A DNA stretch of 38,586 nucleotides from a virus (lineage: Duplodnaviria; Caudoviricetes). The notes beneath the pieces were generated by a model that was given only the letters and a program-made list of their open reading frames with translations, made no database searches and was not told where the DNA came from. The DNA lies in IMG/VR virus record IMGVR_UViG_3300030330_002763, positions 1-38,586 of that record; one strand, given 5' to 3'. A program made the translations under genes and the position numbers. Of this stretch, positions 17,201 through 26,358 are shown in pieces. Every line of letters starts with the position of its first letter. The stretch's first letter is position 1.

Positions 17201-17692
17201 TTCTTGAAACTCTGATATTAATTTAGATTTATTTTCTAATAGGTCTTCACTTCTTATACGTCTTCTTCTAGCAGCCTCTACCTCTGTTAAGCCTACATCT
17301 TCTCTGTTCTTCTCATCCTCTTTTAACTGAACAAATACACCAGCTAACTCATTTACAGATTCTCTTCTATCTACAGTTTGCTGCTCATTTGAAAGTCTCT
17401 TTACAATTCTTCTCCTAGCTCTCGTTTTATCCATCTCACTTTTGAGAATGGCTGGAGTTTTATAATTATCTGGGTCGTTATCTATTCCAGATAAATATCT
17501 ACTGGTAAGGTCTTTAGCGTGGTCTCCCGGTAGTAATAATAAATCTCTGGTAGATAGCTCTTCATTTCTAGCTACTCTATCAAGTAGATTTCTAGCATAT
17601 TGCTCATATGGAGCATTAGCATCGGGTTGTACGTCTACATCTTTATCTCTGCCAAAAAATGTATCGAGTCTATCTTTTAGGGTTGTACCCAT
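11213..17692 (-). CDS. Giant internal virion (ejection) polyvalent protein: HhH-GPD-like domain, GNAT-like domain and LPD38-like C-terminus
   Basis: 2159 aa, largest of three genes at the ejection-protein position. GPKVGAF...TIDLWMLR...QALIW (about 14950-15760); TLDAF..LPGYY..FGF..GR..W (about 14095-14460); RDVTIDFNKRG and helical C-terminal region typical of large phage internal proteins. Confidence 0.8.
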   Translation of the reverse strand: MGTTLKDRLDTFFGRDKDVDVQPDANAPYEQYARNLLDRVARNEELSTRDLLLLPGDHAKDLTSRYLSGIDNDPDNYKTPAILKSEMDKTRARRRIVKRLSNEQQTVDRRESVNELAGVFVQLKEDEKNREDVGLTEVEAARRRRIRSEDLLENKSKLISEFQERGRDITNEVDKFIENGSMDYEDAYLYFAGKDNHVQQLDIKDFFLRDHPSRYFSDVIPFYGSAKGLSRMAQLSDKIEALDRASPQDLIKPEYVNDLRDVALFLDSIDADKSVGYKFAEALTMMGDYIITRGAGRVVQGNAMNALKSVFPRMNRAMTLATSPNFRKKILNAANKARQAVQSEATLAVNPAGRGLATWNTYEQHRVRSQELIGVEVADGPEGQKYVKYLNFKDPKATVDAVTSAVGSQVVEGLSERLGGAFDLFRVSKDKQGILGQVFNGALFKSFKKRNPDVESETILKFLENANINGIIPEIMEERAADMLIGGLGIDQPGMEIRPGFQLFNQNTGEWEREFRDLVIPSAEDFAIEVATIGTVGALARKFQSSRTNPLPPIELKDETPLVKGDDDFVRQFVEAGQTSTGQPRAVKVNDTLLAITNRRLEKLGLKPIKYNRKGKISPQYIKKVKERGIESLLPELVEFYSNPSNAELFSYASTWYGDRFDQTINLLSEQFPELNNQDERSFFTFLVGITSPSQAPEPNLMNAINEFMIDKGFPTDTKTSEAVSNQIATFKTIAKHKGGHTAALDFLSRRMTGKELKKELFEMGLYKNTIKAGKKPGEVVGPLPSGITAEETVYGMEIFGPKVGAFTLNLAGVEDIPTIDLWMLRNIASHLGQPFDNKSLAQANYQLKRAKDKGPTKTDWADNLVRTDFRDNGNRKRIKLYREVVTSVQQEFNKETGENFSAADIQALIWYMEKSIFTSMGTTGSTVSMADYLSVAENLVNSGGVFNENTLRRIRDPKRLEQERKAEEILSRDDKAVGEETVQEEDGTSPQEADSQEPDGGRPSGSVDTEDTQETPKKRPGFFTKEVPQVAELDPSQAQTFYNNLEEHKANDDEGYSVELKDLEQYQKPYVDFDGTTQVTPTLVMSEDGKSGAALLFKEFEDGTTSVDIASVFSGENTEVSGQEVMRSAIRKAQRMGADKITLDAFEGKLPGYYELFGFVETGRDTWNDEFAPPDWQYEYHKKEYPDTNGRPDVVYMEFDPKKAREEADHPMRFNLGLEGELDYYDGGLLGSVTRYLNDNLDPLRKLSEQFEGQKGRLRVNEDFYSQARRSYNIAIAKFNSSLEWADDFIARMAKSGISIEMLDRYMHAKHARERNALVAARNPDIEAGAGYNNKSELMTDEKADEILDEFKDTVIDDYAKEFRRNVILRNIQVRLQGGLLTEEQARIYSGDAPIKTFEDPKDNVSFINYVPLNLELEDDGRVGGIFKNVDGTKGHSLNGPESQRVRGTDAQVQRKSIFEMGMQNLLMGMTRAEANQTNLKLLNVLRATDVFVNKNGSKVALFEFEQVDRGDRKYYDKFGNPKYIYASELADNQMLMKEDGIEYIVTINNDNLARSFKQHSVFGQNPIVLFANSVNNFIKQTATSWSPEFFIGNVQSDLQTGLTNLGIENSVKIAAQAALNIPKAANAIRQYNFNDPKDRPDTDTIAFYKEMIAYGGKISFFDFKGFEDKYKDIGKRMEKMGDKAQAKSNLKIALEYIQSVNEVFEGQMRLATYIAMRQNGYPAEKSAIAARDVTIDFNKRGELASIMESMYMFSKVGVNNIYRMGQVMKSNPKKAAAMSSAFMFAGYYLAEMSRSHDEEEWEKKSEWERDHYFQIPNNIFTNVEGEKRGHIPFRMAYGWGMFAGLGVMISDYNYERKKLLPDEEMADGHYWSRAYDIMFSNFAPASGMPTLPLSMASDLIRNKDALGRTIKPYKYDPIISDFELEFGKTPADLRDLSYIIANAPLPGNPGLTPNGNRDPLGRISYMDGGTLDISPAELDYFFGRAFTGVYTFMNNTIGLGDKVTNYNRILNKTYDGLNPSKTPFIRRFWSYKPTKDLRQSRYQRAVRESRRRMLNSYEVTAAEESIRGLYSDGVIGLNEYNKIFDQILDNQARLLATPKSLRKLLKERATVDVGRLPTVRGARRTNRPKVKKTRVGLEDALGELKGEMERRTADTTP

Positions 17693-18858
17693 TATTTGTC
17701 TAGCAAGCTCCTCATATTAAAACCACCCGGATTCATATTTTGATTTTTACGTTGTAGTAATGGTTTGATTTGATTTTGCATATCTTGCTGAGTATTAGAC
17801 ATTGGATTCATAGTTTGAGATTTATAACTAGGATTTGGTACACCAGTATTTACAGTTCTAATTTCACCCTCTTCATTCCTAACAAAATCACCATCTTTTA
17901 TAGTTGGTGTTATATACCCAGATGTATAATCTGCCATTACTTTTTGTATATCTTGTTCAGTTTCTCCAGTATACCATAACACCTTTGGTTCTACTAAAAA
18001 TGGTTTACTTTGTTGTTTCTTAATCACATCGTTAACTGCTTTTTTCTGTTTGGCTAAATTCATTCTAAATGGTGCATATTCTTTTTTACCAAAATCCTCT
18101 GTAATGTTTACACCCTCTATATATTTATCGTATTGTACCGGGGTGTATGCTTTTAGAGTTTCGCTATATACCAAACCATCATATTCATCTTTGTCATTAA
18201 TATACATATCCAGATAAATATCATCATTAGCTAGTTGCTCTTTTAGTATGTCTGCTTTAAATCTTAGGTCGGCAGATTTTTTGTTAGTAACGTATTTATC
18301 TATAAGATTTGTTTCTTTTTCTACAATATCTCTATAAAGGTTTTGTTCTTTCTTAATAAGTTTTTTTATCTCTGCATTTTCAAACATTGCAGCATCATAT
18401 ACCTCTTTTTCTATTGGTATTTTTATATCCTCTAATTCTACAGAGGTCACCGTAAAATCTTCTGGTACACCACTTCTAGGTTCTGAAAATAAGTCTTGAC
18501 TTAAACTTCCTCTAGGAGCTTTTACATCACTATCTGCAAATAATATAGAACGTGGATTTTGTCTACGAAGTTTATAATATTTACCATCTTCCTCTAGGTA
18601 ATTAAACTCACTAACCTTTTCTAATCTATCTGTAAGGGTTGATAAAACTTTTCTTTTTGCTATTCTATCTTTAGGCAACTGAGCTAATAACTCATTTGTA
18701 GAAGTTATCTCATTTTCAAACTCTTCTATCTTAGTTTCAAATGCATCTACCAATTGTCTTTTATCGGATTTTCTAATAGAGTTTTTCATTGCTGCCATCA
18801 TAAGCCTTAATTGCAATTTATTATTTAAGGCTATTAGTGATTTTTCTTTTTTATTCAT
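17692..18858 (-). CDS. Internal virion / ejection protein (putative)
   Basis: Helical, charged 388-aa ORF between the small ejection-like gene and the giant protein. Confidence 0.6.
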   Translation of the reverse strand: MNKKEKSLIALNNKLQLRLMMAAMKNSIRKSDKRQLVDAFETKIEEFENEITSTNELLAQLPKDRIAKRKVLSTLTDRLEKVSEFNYLEEDGKYYKLRRQNPRSILFADSDVKAPRGSLSQDLFSEPRSGVPEDFTVTSVELEDIKIPIEKEVYDAAMFENAEIKKLIKKEQNLYRDIVEKETNLIDKYVTNKKSADLRFKADILKEQLANDDIYLDMYINDKDEYDGLVYSETLKAYTPVQYDKYIEGVNITEDFGKKEYAPFRMNLAKQKKAVNDVIKKQQSKPFLVEPKVLWYTGETEQDIQKVMADYTSGYITPTIKDGDFVRNEEGEIRTVNTGVPNPSYKSQTMNPMSNTQQDMQNQIKPLLQRKNQNMNPGGFNMRSLLDK

Positions 18859-19582
18859 CTTTGCCTCTTTGTAACATTTCCATTAGCAATTTCAATGTTC
18901 CTTGGAAGGTTGACATATCAAATTCTAAATCTTTTATAGTATCTAGTTTTAACATAGCAGCATCGATATCACGGGCCTCTACTAAACTTACTGCCTCTTC
19001 TAAGGTGCTTCCAACGGCTTCATTATTTTGTGCCATTGCCATAGTTTCTTTTGTTGCTTGACTAGCTGCATTTTGATTACCGACTTCTATTCCAAAATCT
19101 AAAACTGCATTTATGGTTTGAAATACTGATGCCTCTTTCATTCGCCTTGTTTCTTCATCAAACTGTCGTTTTCTTTCACCTATCTGCATTTGTATATTTG
19201 TTTTACGTTCTGTTGCCTCTCTTCTAAATTGTGCATTTCTATCAGCAATCTGTAAAGCTAAATCAGCTATCTGGCTATTTGACATTTGATTAACTTTATT
19301 TTGAGCAGCTTGTGTAACTGCACTATTTTCTAGACCACCAGAAAAAGCTGCTCCTCTAACTGCTTGTTGCTGGTCGGACGATGTTTGTCTAAACTGATTG
19401 GCAACATTACTAAAACCTTGCTCACCCATACCTAGAGCTGCTTGTTCACTAGCTCGTCTGTTTGCCCTACGTTCTTCTGGGGTCAATTTAAATTGTCTAT
19501 TCTTAGCATTAAGCCAATTCATAACCCCTTTGCCTACACCTACGGCTGCTTTGGCTGCTAACAATGTTTCAACTACTGCCAT
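18851..19582 (-). CDS. Internal virion / ejection protein (P22 gp7- or T7 gp14-like position)
   Basis: Ala/Gly-rich N-terminus and Q/A-rich coiled coil. Confidence 0.65.
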   Translation of the reverse strand: MAVVETLLAAKAAVGVGKGVMNWLNAKNRQFKLTPEERRANRRASEQAALGMGEQGFSNVANQFRQTSSDQQQAVRGAAFSGGLENSAVTQAAQNKVNQMSNSQIADLALQIADRNAQFRREATERKTNIQMQIGERKRQFDEETRRMKEASVFQTINAVLDFGIEVGNQNAASQATKETMAMAQNNEAVGSTLEEAVSLVEARDIDAAMLKLDTIKDLEFDMSTFQGTLKLLMEMLQRGKDE

Positions 19583-19583
19583 T

Positions 19584-19826
19584 TTAATCCTCGTCCATTT
19601 TTTCTAGATTTGCTTGGAACAAAGCTCCAGAATTATTTCTAAATACCAGCTTGATATTTTCACCATCATCAAACATTTGTATTTCATTTCTTTTCATATT
19701 ACCAGAGTTAGGTCTAGCAGATACTGTTTTTATACGGTCTTGTTTTTGTGACTGTAAAAACTCACTATCTCTTCTTAGATTGTGAATAGTCGTATCTAAT
19801 GCATCCGGGTCATCGTACTTAGCCAT
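19584..19826 (-). CDS. Small tail-associated hypothetical protein
   Basis: Coupled ORF right after the nozzle-like genes. Confidence 0.6.
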   Translation of the reverse strand: MAKYDDPDALDTTIHNLRRDSEFLQSQKQDRIKTVSARPNSGNMKRNEIQMFDDGENIKLVFRNNSGALFQANLEKMDED

Positions 19827-21594
19827 AACCTATACTTATCTTTCTTATATCTATGTTGTTCGGTAATCCTTGGTTTGCATACAATCGTATACAAAAATCT
19901 TTTGCTGATAAACCAACTACCTTAGTTTTGGTTGCCATTTGTGCATATGTTGGGGCAACACCAGTAGGGGTAGTAGACTCAAAAAATATATCCTTAGACT
20001 TTGACTCACCATCTGTATATATAGTCATTGTTATTGGTGAGTTAGAATTATATGTCATTGATATTGTGCGAATCATATTAGCACGTTCAGCTACGCTTAT
20101 TCTAAAAGTTTTTGATTTGTATAAATAAGTATTCGACATACCAGCATATACATCATTTGACCTACCTATAATTAAACCTTGGGTAGTAACGCTACCAGCA
20201 TTTCCATAATTAATTTTTTGATTTACAACATTATCAGCATAGACTTTACTACCAGAGGGTGCTGATGTTTGTGTATTGGTTTCATAGTCTACTTGCATAA
20301 CGTAGGTTTGCCAAGGGTTTAAGTCTCCATCAGCTTGAACCACACATTCAGCAGTATAACTTCTATCAATACACCAAGGGTCATTTAGTAGCTCACCAGA
20401 GGTTATATCTGGATTAGTTGCATCTATGCTGCCATAATCAGAATCGTACTCAGACCAAAAGTGACTATCTGTATCTTGATAATATTCAAATCCTACCGTG
20501 CCAAATACTGCATTTACTCTTACATCAATTGGAAATTTTCCCGGCCCAAATCGTTCTGTAGAATTATATTCTAATACTAACCTAGATGATTTATCCCACC
20601 CGGGAGTATCTCTCTGTATTGGTATTTCTTCAGATTCATAGTTTGTACCCTCTACATCGGTATATAATAATTGTATACCACCTACCCATTCGTGAGTATC
20701 ACTACTTGTAAATCCTAGCTCTGATTGTGCAAGATTATAAGACGGGTCAAACCCTCTTACATCCATCTGTAATTGTATACCTACTTTGTTATCAGAGTCT
20801 GCTGTATCAGTTCCAATATCTAATTTTAATATGCCGGGACGTACTCCCCACATACCTCCAGTATCCATAGCAGTTTGTGTTTTAGCAGTATCTACCCGGA
20901 GAGCATCTGTAACTAATGTAATCTCTGTAAATAAATATGAATATATATCACTATTTCCAGATAAAGAAACCAGTCTACCATCTTGGTGTATTGTTGATAC
21001 GTCACCAATATTTCCGGGTGAGGTTTTATAGACTCTTATTTGATTACCGGTTAATATTTTACAAGAAACCGTATCGCCTACCATCGCACCTTTCATTACA
21101 TCAAACTTTGCATAATCTACAAAAGTACCACTAGAATTCTCTGCTTGATATATATCTTTGAAATATTGATTTCTACTTTGACCTCCACCTAGTGAACCAT
21201 CATATAAAAACAATGCATTGTTAGACGGGTCTCTATCCTCAAAATCATTTAGTGGGAAATCAGCCTCGCTTAGTTCCATAGAATGGTCATATATCGGATA
21301 CCTTTTATAACCACCGTTAGCGTGTGTTTTGATGGCAAAGAAAACATCTTTCTCACCTTTCATACTAACGATATATTGAGTATGGCCATTTGTATCTGTA
21401 ACCTTTAGAGCTTTGTAATTACCAAAGTTGCTAAAATCTACATTGGGATGACTAGCACCATCCTCATCAGTTGTTGCAGTTGTCAATGTAAGATTCTCAT
21501 ACTTTAACAAAACTACTTCACCAGTAACAGTAATCGGTGTAGTTATATCCGAGTTTGTTAAGGCAATCTGGTTTGTATTTGTACTTGCAGCCAT
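19819..21594 (-). CDS. Tail protein; C-terminus resembles the end of podovirus nozzle proteins
   Basis: Beta-rich 591 aa; ends YKSKTF...IRTISMTYNS...FCIRL...IDIRKISI. Confidence 0.6.
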   Translation of the reverse strand: MAASTNTNQIALTNSDITTPITVTGEVVLLKYENLTLTTATTDEDGASHPNVDFSNFGNYKALKVTDTNGHTQYIVSMKGEKDVFFAIKTHANGGYKRYPIYDHSMELSEADFPLNDFEDRDPSNNALFLYDGSLGGGQSRNQYFKDIYQAENSSGTFVDYAKFDVMKGAMVGDTVSCKILTGNQIRVYKTSPGNIGDVSTIHQDGRLVSLSGNSDIYSYLFTEITLVTDALRVDTAKTQTAMDTGGMWGVRPGILKLDIGTDTADSDNKVGIQLQMDVRGFDPSYNLAQSELGFTSSDTHEWVGGIQLLYTDVEGTNYESEEIPIQRDTPGWDKSSRLVLEYNSTERFGPGKFPIDVRVNAVFGTVGFEYYQDTDSHFWSEYDSDYGSIDATNPDITSGELLNDPWCIDRSYTAECVVQADGDLNPWQTYVMQVDYETNTQTSAPSGSKVYADNVVNQKINYGNAGSVTTQGLIIGRSNDVYAGMSNTYLYKSKTFRISVAERANMIRTISMTYNSNSPITMTIYTDGESKSKDIFFESTTPTGVAPTYAQMATKTKVVGLSAKDFCIRLYANQGLPNNIDIRKISIGYG

Positions 21595-24146
21595 TATCTA
21601 GTATACGGGTTACTTAAAAATTGTGTATTACTAAAAAATACTACGTTGTTATCAAAATCTTCAGACATTCTGGTAAGTGGTTGTTTTATATTTCTAGATG
21701 ACCAAGTAACGTCACCTTTATCAATATGTAATTGATATACATATCTACTTCCATTTACTAAATCATTTGCTCCAAAATGCCAGCTAATTATTCCCTTATC
21801 AGCCTCATATACAGAACTTGTTTTCTTTTTTACGGCCTCTGGTAAAGAATTATATGTGTCATTAATAGGTTCGCTAACTGGTACAAGCTGACCAACAGAT
21901 GATAAATAGTAAATTGATTTTTCACCAGCAAAAAATATTCTATCTTTTACTTTCAATATACTATTGGAGGCTATGCAACCTATGTTATTAGATACGTTTG
22001 ACAGTACCCACGTTGCTGGGTCTTGACTTCGCATATTGAGTATATAAACTCCTCTGGTCTGGAAGATTACTAGGTCACCTCCCATATCACTAAACCCTAC
22101 TACTTCACCACCTTGTAAATCTTGTATCTGTATAAAATTTTTACTAGGTATTACATCAAACATTGATATTTCAGAAAACAGAATCATATTCTTATGTTCT
22201 TCTTCCTTTTCTGTACCTAGGTTTATTTTGACGTTACCTATAAATCTACGTCCCATAAAACTATGCTGGACTTCAGCACTATGGTTAATAGTATCTTCTG
22301 GGTATGGATGACCCTCAAATTGTACTGGTGATAAATCCCAGATATGTAGCCTACCCCTTACAATATTATTATTAGTATGAGCAGACTGACTAATATCTAA
22401 CATATCCCAGTATATAGGTTCATTTGTCCTATGTATATGTACACCGTTAATTGAGCTTAATCCAGAGGTTTTTATCTGTCGCCATAGTTTATCTCCACTC
22501 AATCGTAAAGCGTGGAAAAACGTCTCATTTCCAGAGGCATCTTTATGTTTGTACATATAACTTTCTACAATGCAATCATATACTGTATTTATACTACGGT
22601 CGCCACTATCGGTATCTGTAATTACACAATTCTGGTAATATCCATCACCCTCACTTTGGTCTGCTGGAACAATAATCCAAGCGTGGCCACCAATACATCT
22701 AACACCACTAGCAAATATAGTTCCAGCACCACTACCAATTGCAGCAGAATTCTGTGTAATAAACCATTCACTTAATAGGTCTGGAACAAAATTAGCACTT
22801 GAGATACTTAAAGTATAGAAACCGTGAGTATCATCATATGCATCTATAGACAAACTTGTCATATTGGGGTCACCATTAGAATCATTTGTCCAGAAATATT
22901 TAAAGTATGCAGTAGTTGGGTCTGATAAGCTACTTGGATGCCTACCATTTAATATGTCCAGAGGTAATACTTTTGTATGGTCAAGCACTTGTAATTGACT
23001 AGTGGTAAACGTAACTCTTTTCATATCAGTTGGACTTCTATCTAATCGATATGTGCCTATTCGTCTTAATGTTGTTTTTTCTCGCATTCTCTGAAAGTTA
23101 CTAGGAGCTACAGAACGGTAAATTGCTATACCAGTTATTCTAGGATTCCAGATAGTTTCCCTTACTACAGAACCCTCTTTTACTGCGATGTTTACATTTA
23201 TTCTTAACTTACAACCAAGACCTCTATTCTTATGTCTAGGTAAAAGATTTTCTTTTATGGTTTCTAAACTAGTAAATGCAGAGGATTCAGATAATGGGCC
23301 TATCTGGTTACCATCATATATCAATGCAAAATTATATTCGTGAGCGTAACGGTTTGTATTAGTACTAGCACTTAAATGAATGTGATTACCATACATAAAA
23401 CTGGCAGATACCAAAGTATCAGAGCCACCTATATCTACCCTTAGAGAAGACGAGCCATTTGTTTCTACCCTTTTTGTAGATTGTATTGCATCAATAATAG
23501 GCTCAAATCCAGTATTACTTATAACAGAATTACTATATGAGTTTCTACCTCTAAAGTAATCCATTCTAGGGTATGCTATATCTGCAAAGTGTTTACTAGC
23601 AGTATTAAGATAAATTATATTACCACTCTGGTCACCTTGATAAGTAAACCAGTTTACATTGTTTATATTCCAGTATCCAAAAAACTTTCTATTGTCTATG
23701 AATTGTAAGTTTACTGGCTCATCTTCACGATTAGCTAATATTCTTATATACCTACCAGATGATAGGAAACTCTGCATAACCTTAAAGGCTCTATTTGCTG
23801 CATTAATAGTAAAAAACCTACTGTTCTGAGTATTGTTACCAGATAAAATTTGTTTGTTACTAAACTGTTTATTGTAGCTTGTGTTTAATAATAATAATTC
23901 ATTGGATGTGTCTTTTATTACAATGATATGTCTAGAATCATCTTGGCTAAAATCTGTCCAGTAAAAAATGCCGGTAAACAGTTCATTGTCAAACTGTTTT
24001 AGAACTTGATAATTGTCGTTATATCGTAGGGAGCCAGCCTTATCAAGTTTAAAGTTTACAAGATTTTGACCTAAATCTGGTCTTATATCCTCCGAATCAG
24101 CATTACTTACAATACCACCGAATAAATCAATATCTATATATTTCAT
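21594..24146 (-). CDS. Tail nozzle / stabilisation protein (P22 gp10- or T7 gp12-like)
   Basis: DLFGGI...N-terminus; ILFSE, GGEVVG, LVIFQ, IGCIA..SI, IFFAG, VSEPI beta-propeller motifs; follows the adaptor gene. Confidence 0.75.
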   Translation of the reverse strand: MKYIDIDLFGGIVSNADSEDIRPDLGQNLVNFKLDKAGSLRYNDNYQVLKQFDNELFTGIFYWTDFSQDDSRHIIVIKDTSNELLLLNTSYNKQFSNKQILSGNNTQNSRFFTINAANRAFKVMQSFLSSGRYIRILANREDEPVNLQFIDNRKFFGYWNINNVNWFTYQGDQSGNIIYLNTASKHFADIAYPRMDYFRGRNSYSNSVISNTGFEPIIDAIQSTKRVETNGSSSLRVDIGGSDTLVSASFMYGNHIHLSASTNTNRYAHEYNFALIYDGNQIGPLSESSAFTSLETIKENLLPRHKNRGLGCKLRINVNIAVKEGSVVRETIWNPRITGIAIYRSVAPSNFQRMREKTTLRRIGTYRLDRSPTDMKRVTFTTSQLQVLDHTKVLPLDILNGRHPSSLSDPTTAYFKYFWTNDSNGDPNMTSLSIDAYDDTHGFYTLSISSANFVPDLLSEWFITQNSAAIGSGAGTIFASGVRCIGGHAWIIVPADQSEGDGYYQNCVITDTDSGDRSINTVYDCIVESYMYKHKDASGNETFFHALRLSGDKLWRQIKTSGLSSINGVHIHRTNEPIYWDMLDISQSAHTNNNIVRGRLHIWDLSPVQFEGHPYPEDTINHSAEVQHSFMGRRFIGNVKINLGTEKEEEHKNMILFSEISMFDVIPSKNFIQIQDLQGGEVVGFSDMGGDLVIFQTRGVYILNMRSQDPATWVLSNVSNNIGCIASNSILKVKDRIFFAGEKSIYYLSSVGQLVPVSEPINDTYNSLPEAVKKKTSSVYEADKGIISWHFGANDLVNGSRYVYQLHIDKGDVTWSSRNIKQPLTRMSEDFDNNVVFFSNTQFLSNPYTR

Positions 24147-25138
24147 AGGGCATCGACAACCGTAACTGGCCCACCGAAATCTTGATTGGCAGTTATGGCT
24201 GCAACACCTATCCTATTTTGATAATATCTGTTATAACATCTATCAGCATCTGTTGCTTGCCCTAACATATCGTAGATTCTAGCTTGAGCATATTCTATCA
24301 TTAGATAATGAAATGGGTCTGGTATTACTGGCGATTCGCCTACAACATCACCATACCCGATTCCATTGCTAGTACCACTTGGACTAAATTGAGTACCAGC
24401 TATAGTAGCTTTACCACCAAAACCTACAGTATCCCAGTTTTCAATTAACTGAGCAAATGTATATCCTAGACCTAATGGAGCTGCTGACGAATATGCAGAT
24501 TGGGAGGCATCAATAGTTACTAATGTGTCACCGTTTTGAAATCCAGAATAACCACCAAGAGTTGTAAGGTCACTTAAAATTAATGTTCCAGAGCCATCAC
24601 CATTAGATTCATCAGTTAATACTTTTGCACTAGCCGTAGCTACTGCTGAATTACTTGCTAATCTTCCCTCTACTACGTCTCCTTGCTGGAATGCTTGGCC
24701 AGAGAGGCCAGTATATCTTAGAGCTTTATGTGCAGATGACTTATCGTATTTTACCGGCAGAGCAACATACTCAAATCGCAATAACTTTGCATTAGTTGGT
24801 TTTGGTACTAATACCATTCTACGGCCCTCAATGCGATAAAACTGAGGACTCCCGGTTGTAAATGATGTACTGTTATGTTTATTGCTAGAGCTGCCAGAAT
24901 CTTGATATCTATCTAATAGAGTACCATCATAATCTGGTCTACCAGCCATCTCAATGAAATCATTTGGTAATGCAAAATTATGTGAGAATTCATCGAGCAA
25001 TGTAACATAAGTCTTTTTAAAGCATTTAGCAAAAAGACCCAAATCTCTCTCAGCATCTTCTAAAAATATTATTGCATCTGCACCGTGATTACCACCAAAT
25101 GGTTTTGTAACTCTGCTTTTGAGTTGTTCCCAAGTCAT
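24143..25138 (-). CDS. Head-tail adaptor (P22 gp4- or T7 gp11-like) with internal insertion
   Basis: MTWEQLKSRV, ALPNDF, GSPQFY, LVPKP, and IPDPFHYLMIEYA motifs; directly after the capsid gene. Confidence 0.75.
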   Translation of the reverse strand: MTWEQLKSRVTKPFGGNHGADAIIFLEDAERDLGLFAKCFKKTYVTLLDEFSHNFALPNDFIEMAGRPDYDGTLLDRYQDSGSSSNKHNSTSFTTGSPQFYRIEGRRMVLVPKPTNAKLLRFEYVALPVKYDKSSAHKALRYTGLSGQAFQQGDVVEGRLASNSAVATASAKVLTDESNGDGSGTLILSDLTTLGGYSGFQNGDTLVTIDASQSAYSSAAPLGLGYTFAQLIENWDTVGFGGKATIAGTQFSPSGTSNGIGYGDVVGESPVIPDPFHYLMIEYAQARIYDMLGQATDADRCYNRYYQNRIGVAAITANQDFGGPVTVVDAL

Positions 25139-25162
25139 CGCATTTATTTAATCCTATAGTTA

Positions 25163-25225
25163 GATAGGGCCAGTAAAAAGTATGGAAGGAATCGTAGTCG
25201 TTTAAGAGTGATTACCGGCCCCATC
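25163..25225 (-). terminator. Long-loop hairpin after the major capsid gene (attenuator or mRNA stabiliser)
   Basis: GATAGGGCCAGTAA (25163-25176) and TTACCGGCCCCATC (25212-25225) give a 14-bp minus-strand stem with two G-U pairs. Confidence 0.6.
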
Positions 25226-25238
25226 AGTTAGTTACCTC

Positions 25239-26339
25239 TTATGAGTATGATGTAGGCATATCAGCAACTCCACCAATCATTCTTGGGTTAGAGTAGCATA
25301 ATGCTCCCATCCATAGGATTTTACCAACACGAATATCTCTATCGACCGGCTTTTCATAACCATCGAAAATGAAATTTCGTTTAGTGTGGTGTTTGAATCC
25401 CATATATTTCTCATTCAAAGCGAATAGCATCTTGTTACCATCTGCTGCATTGACATCATCGGCTGCATCATTATACAAATCAAGAGCTTGGTCTACTACA
25501 ACGGGGATGCCCCTATATAGTAAATTTTGAAAGCCAGCGTCTGCTAAAGTTGCAGAGCTTGCACCATATCTCTTTTGGTCTGTTAATGTTTGCTCATATG
25601 CATCAAATACTACTTGGCTGCAAACCAGCATTGTGGGGGAATCCCCACCGACAGTTAACCTTTGATAAAGGTCTCTGAAGATTTTCTGGATGTAAGCACC
25701 ATCAGTAGCAGTTGTTAGCTTGGTAAAAGTAAGCTGAGTATTATCCGTACCACCAAAATCAGCAGCATCACCGTCAAAGCCACCATCCCACCAAGAATTA
25801 CCGGCAGCATTACTATCAATGCCTCCGAGAACTCTATCTGCTTTGATGACGTGCTGGATACCAGTAAAGGCATCAGCATTAACAGAATGCCCACTTGAGG
25901 CATCTTGGCTATTATCGGAAAAGATAGCTTCTGCGAATTTGTCTCGCATAGTTCTACCTACGTTGTTTACTTTAGCTTGCAATAAATCCAATACGGCTTC
26001 TGGGCCAGCATTGATATTTTCTTCACGGCCACTCATTGTGATTGTACCGTGATGTTGCGACCAGTCATACTCTGCACTTTTAATTATGTCTGATGCTCCG
26101 TAATTCATTTCATCATCGCCTTTATACCAATCAACGTGTGGGTTACTACTTCCACTAGGTGTCTTGGCATATTCTACCGGCTGAACCACTTTGTACCCAC
26201 CACTTACTGGCTGAGATTTAGCTAATAAGCGATAAGTAACGACATTACCTCTAAAGATATTGTCTACCAATTGTGGCACATAATATTTTTTAGTGATGTG
26301 AGATAACTGGTCGTAGTTAATTGTTCCTACTAGGGCCAT
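25239..26339 (-). CDS. Major capsid protein (HK97 fold)
   Basis: 366 aa after the scaffold; LVDNIF, AEYDW, GFQNL.YRGIPVV.D, LNEKY, NPR motifs; strong AAGGAG RBS. Confidence 0.9.
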   Translation of the reverse strand: MALVGTINYDQLSHITKKYYVPQLVDNIFRGNVVTYRLLAKSQPVSGGYKVVQPVEYAKTPSGSSNPHVDWYKGDDEMNYGASDIIKSAEYDWSQHHGTITMSGREENINAGPEAVLDLLQAKVNNVGRTMRDKFAEAIFSDNSQDASSGHSVNADAFTGIQHVIKADRVLGGIDSNAAGNSWWDGGFDGDAADFGGTDNTQLTFTKLTTATDGAYIQKIFRDLYQRLTVGGDSPTMLVCSQVVFDAYEQTLTDQKRYGASSATLADAGFQNLLYRGIPVVVDQALDLYNDAADDVNAADGNKMLFALNEKYMGFKHHTKRNFIFDGYEKPVDRDIRVGKILWMGALCYSNPRMIGGVADMPTSYS

Positions 26340-26358
26340 TTTATAACTCCTTAACTAG

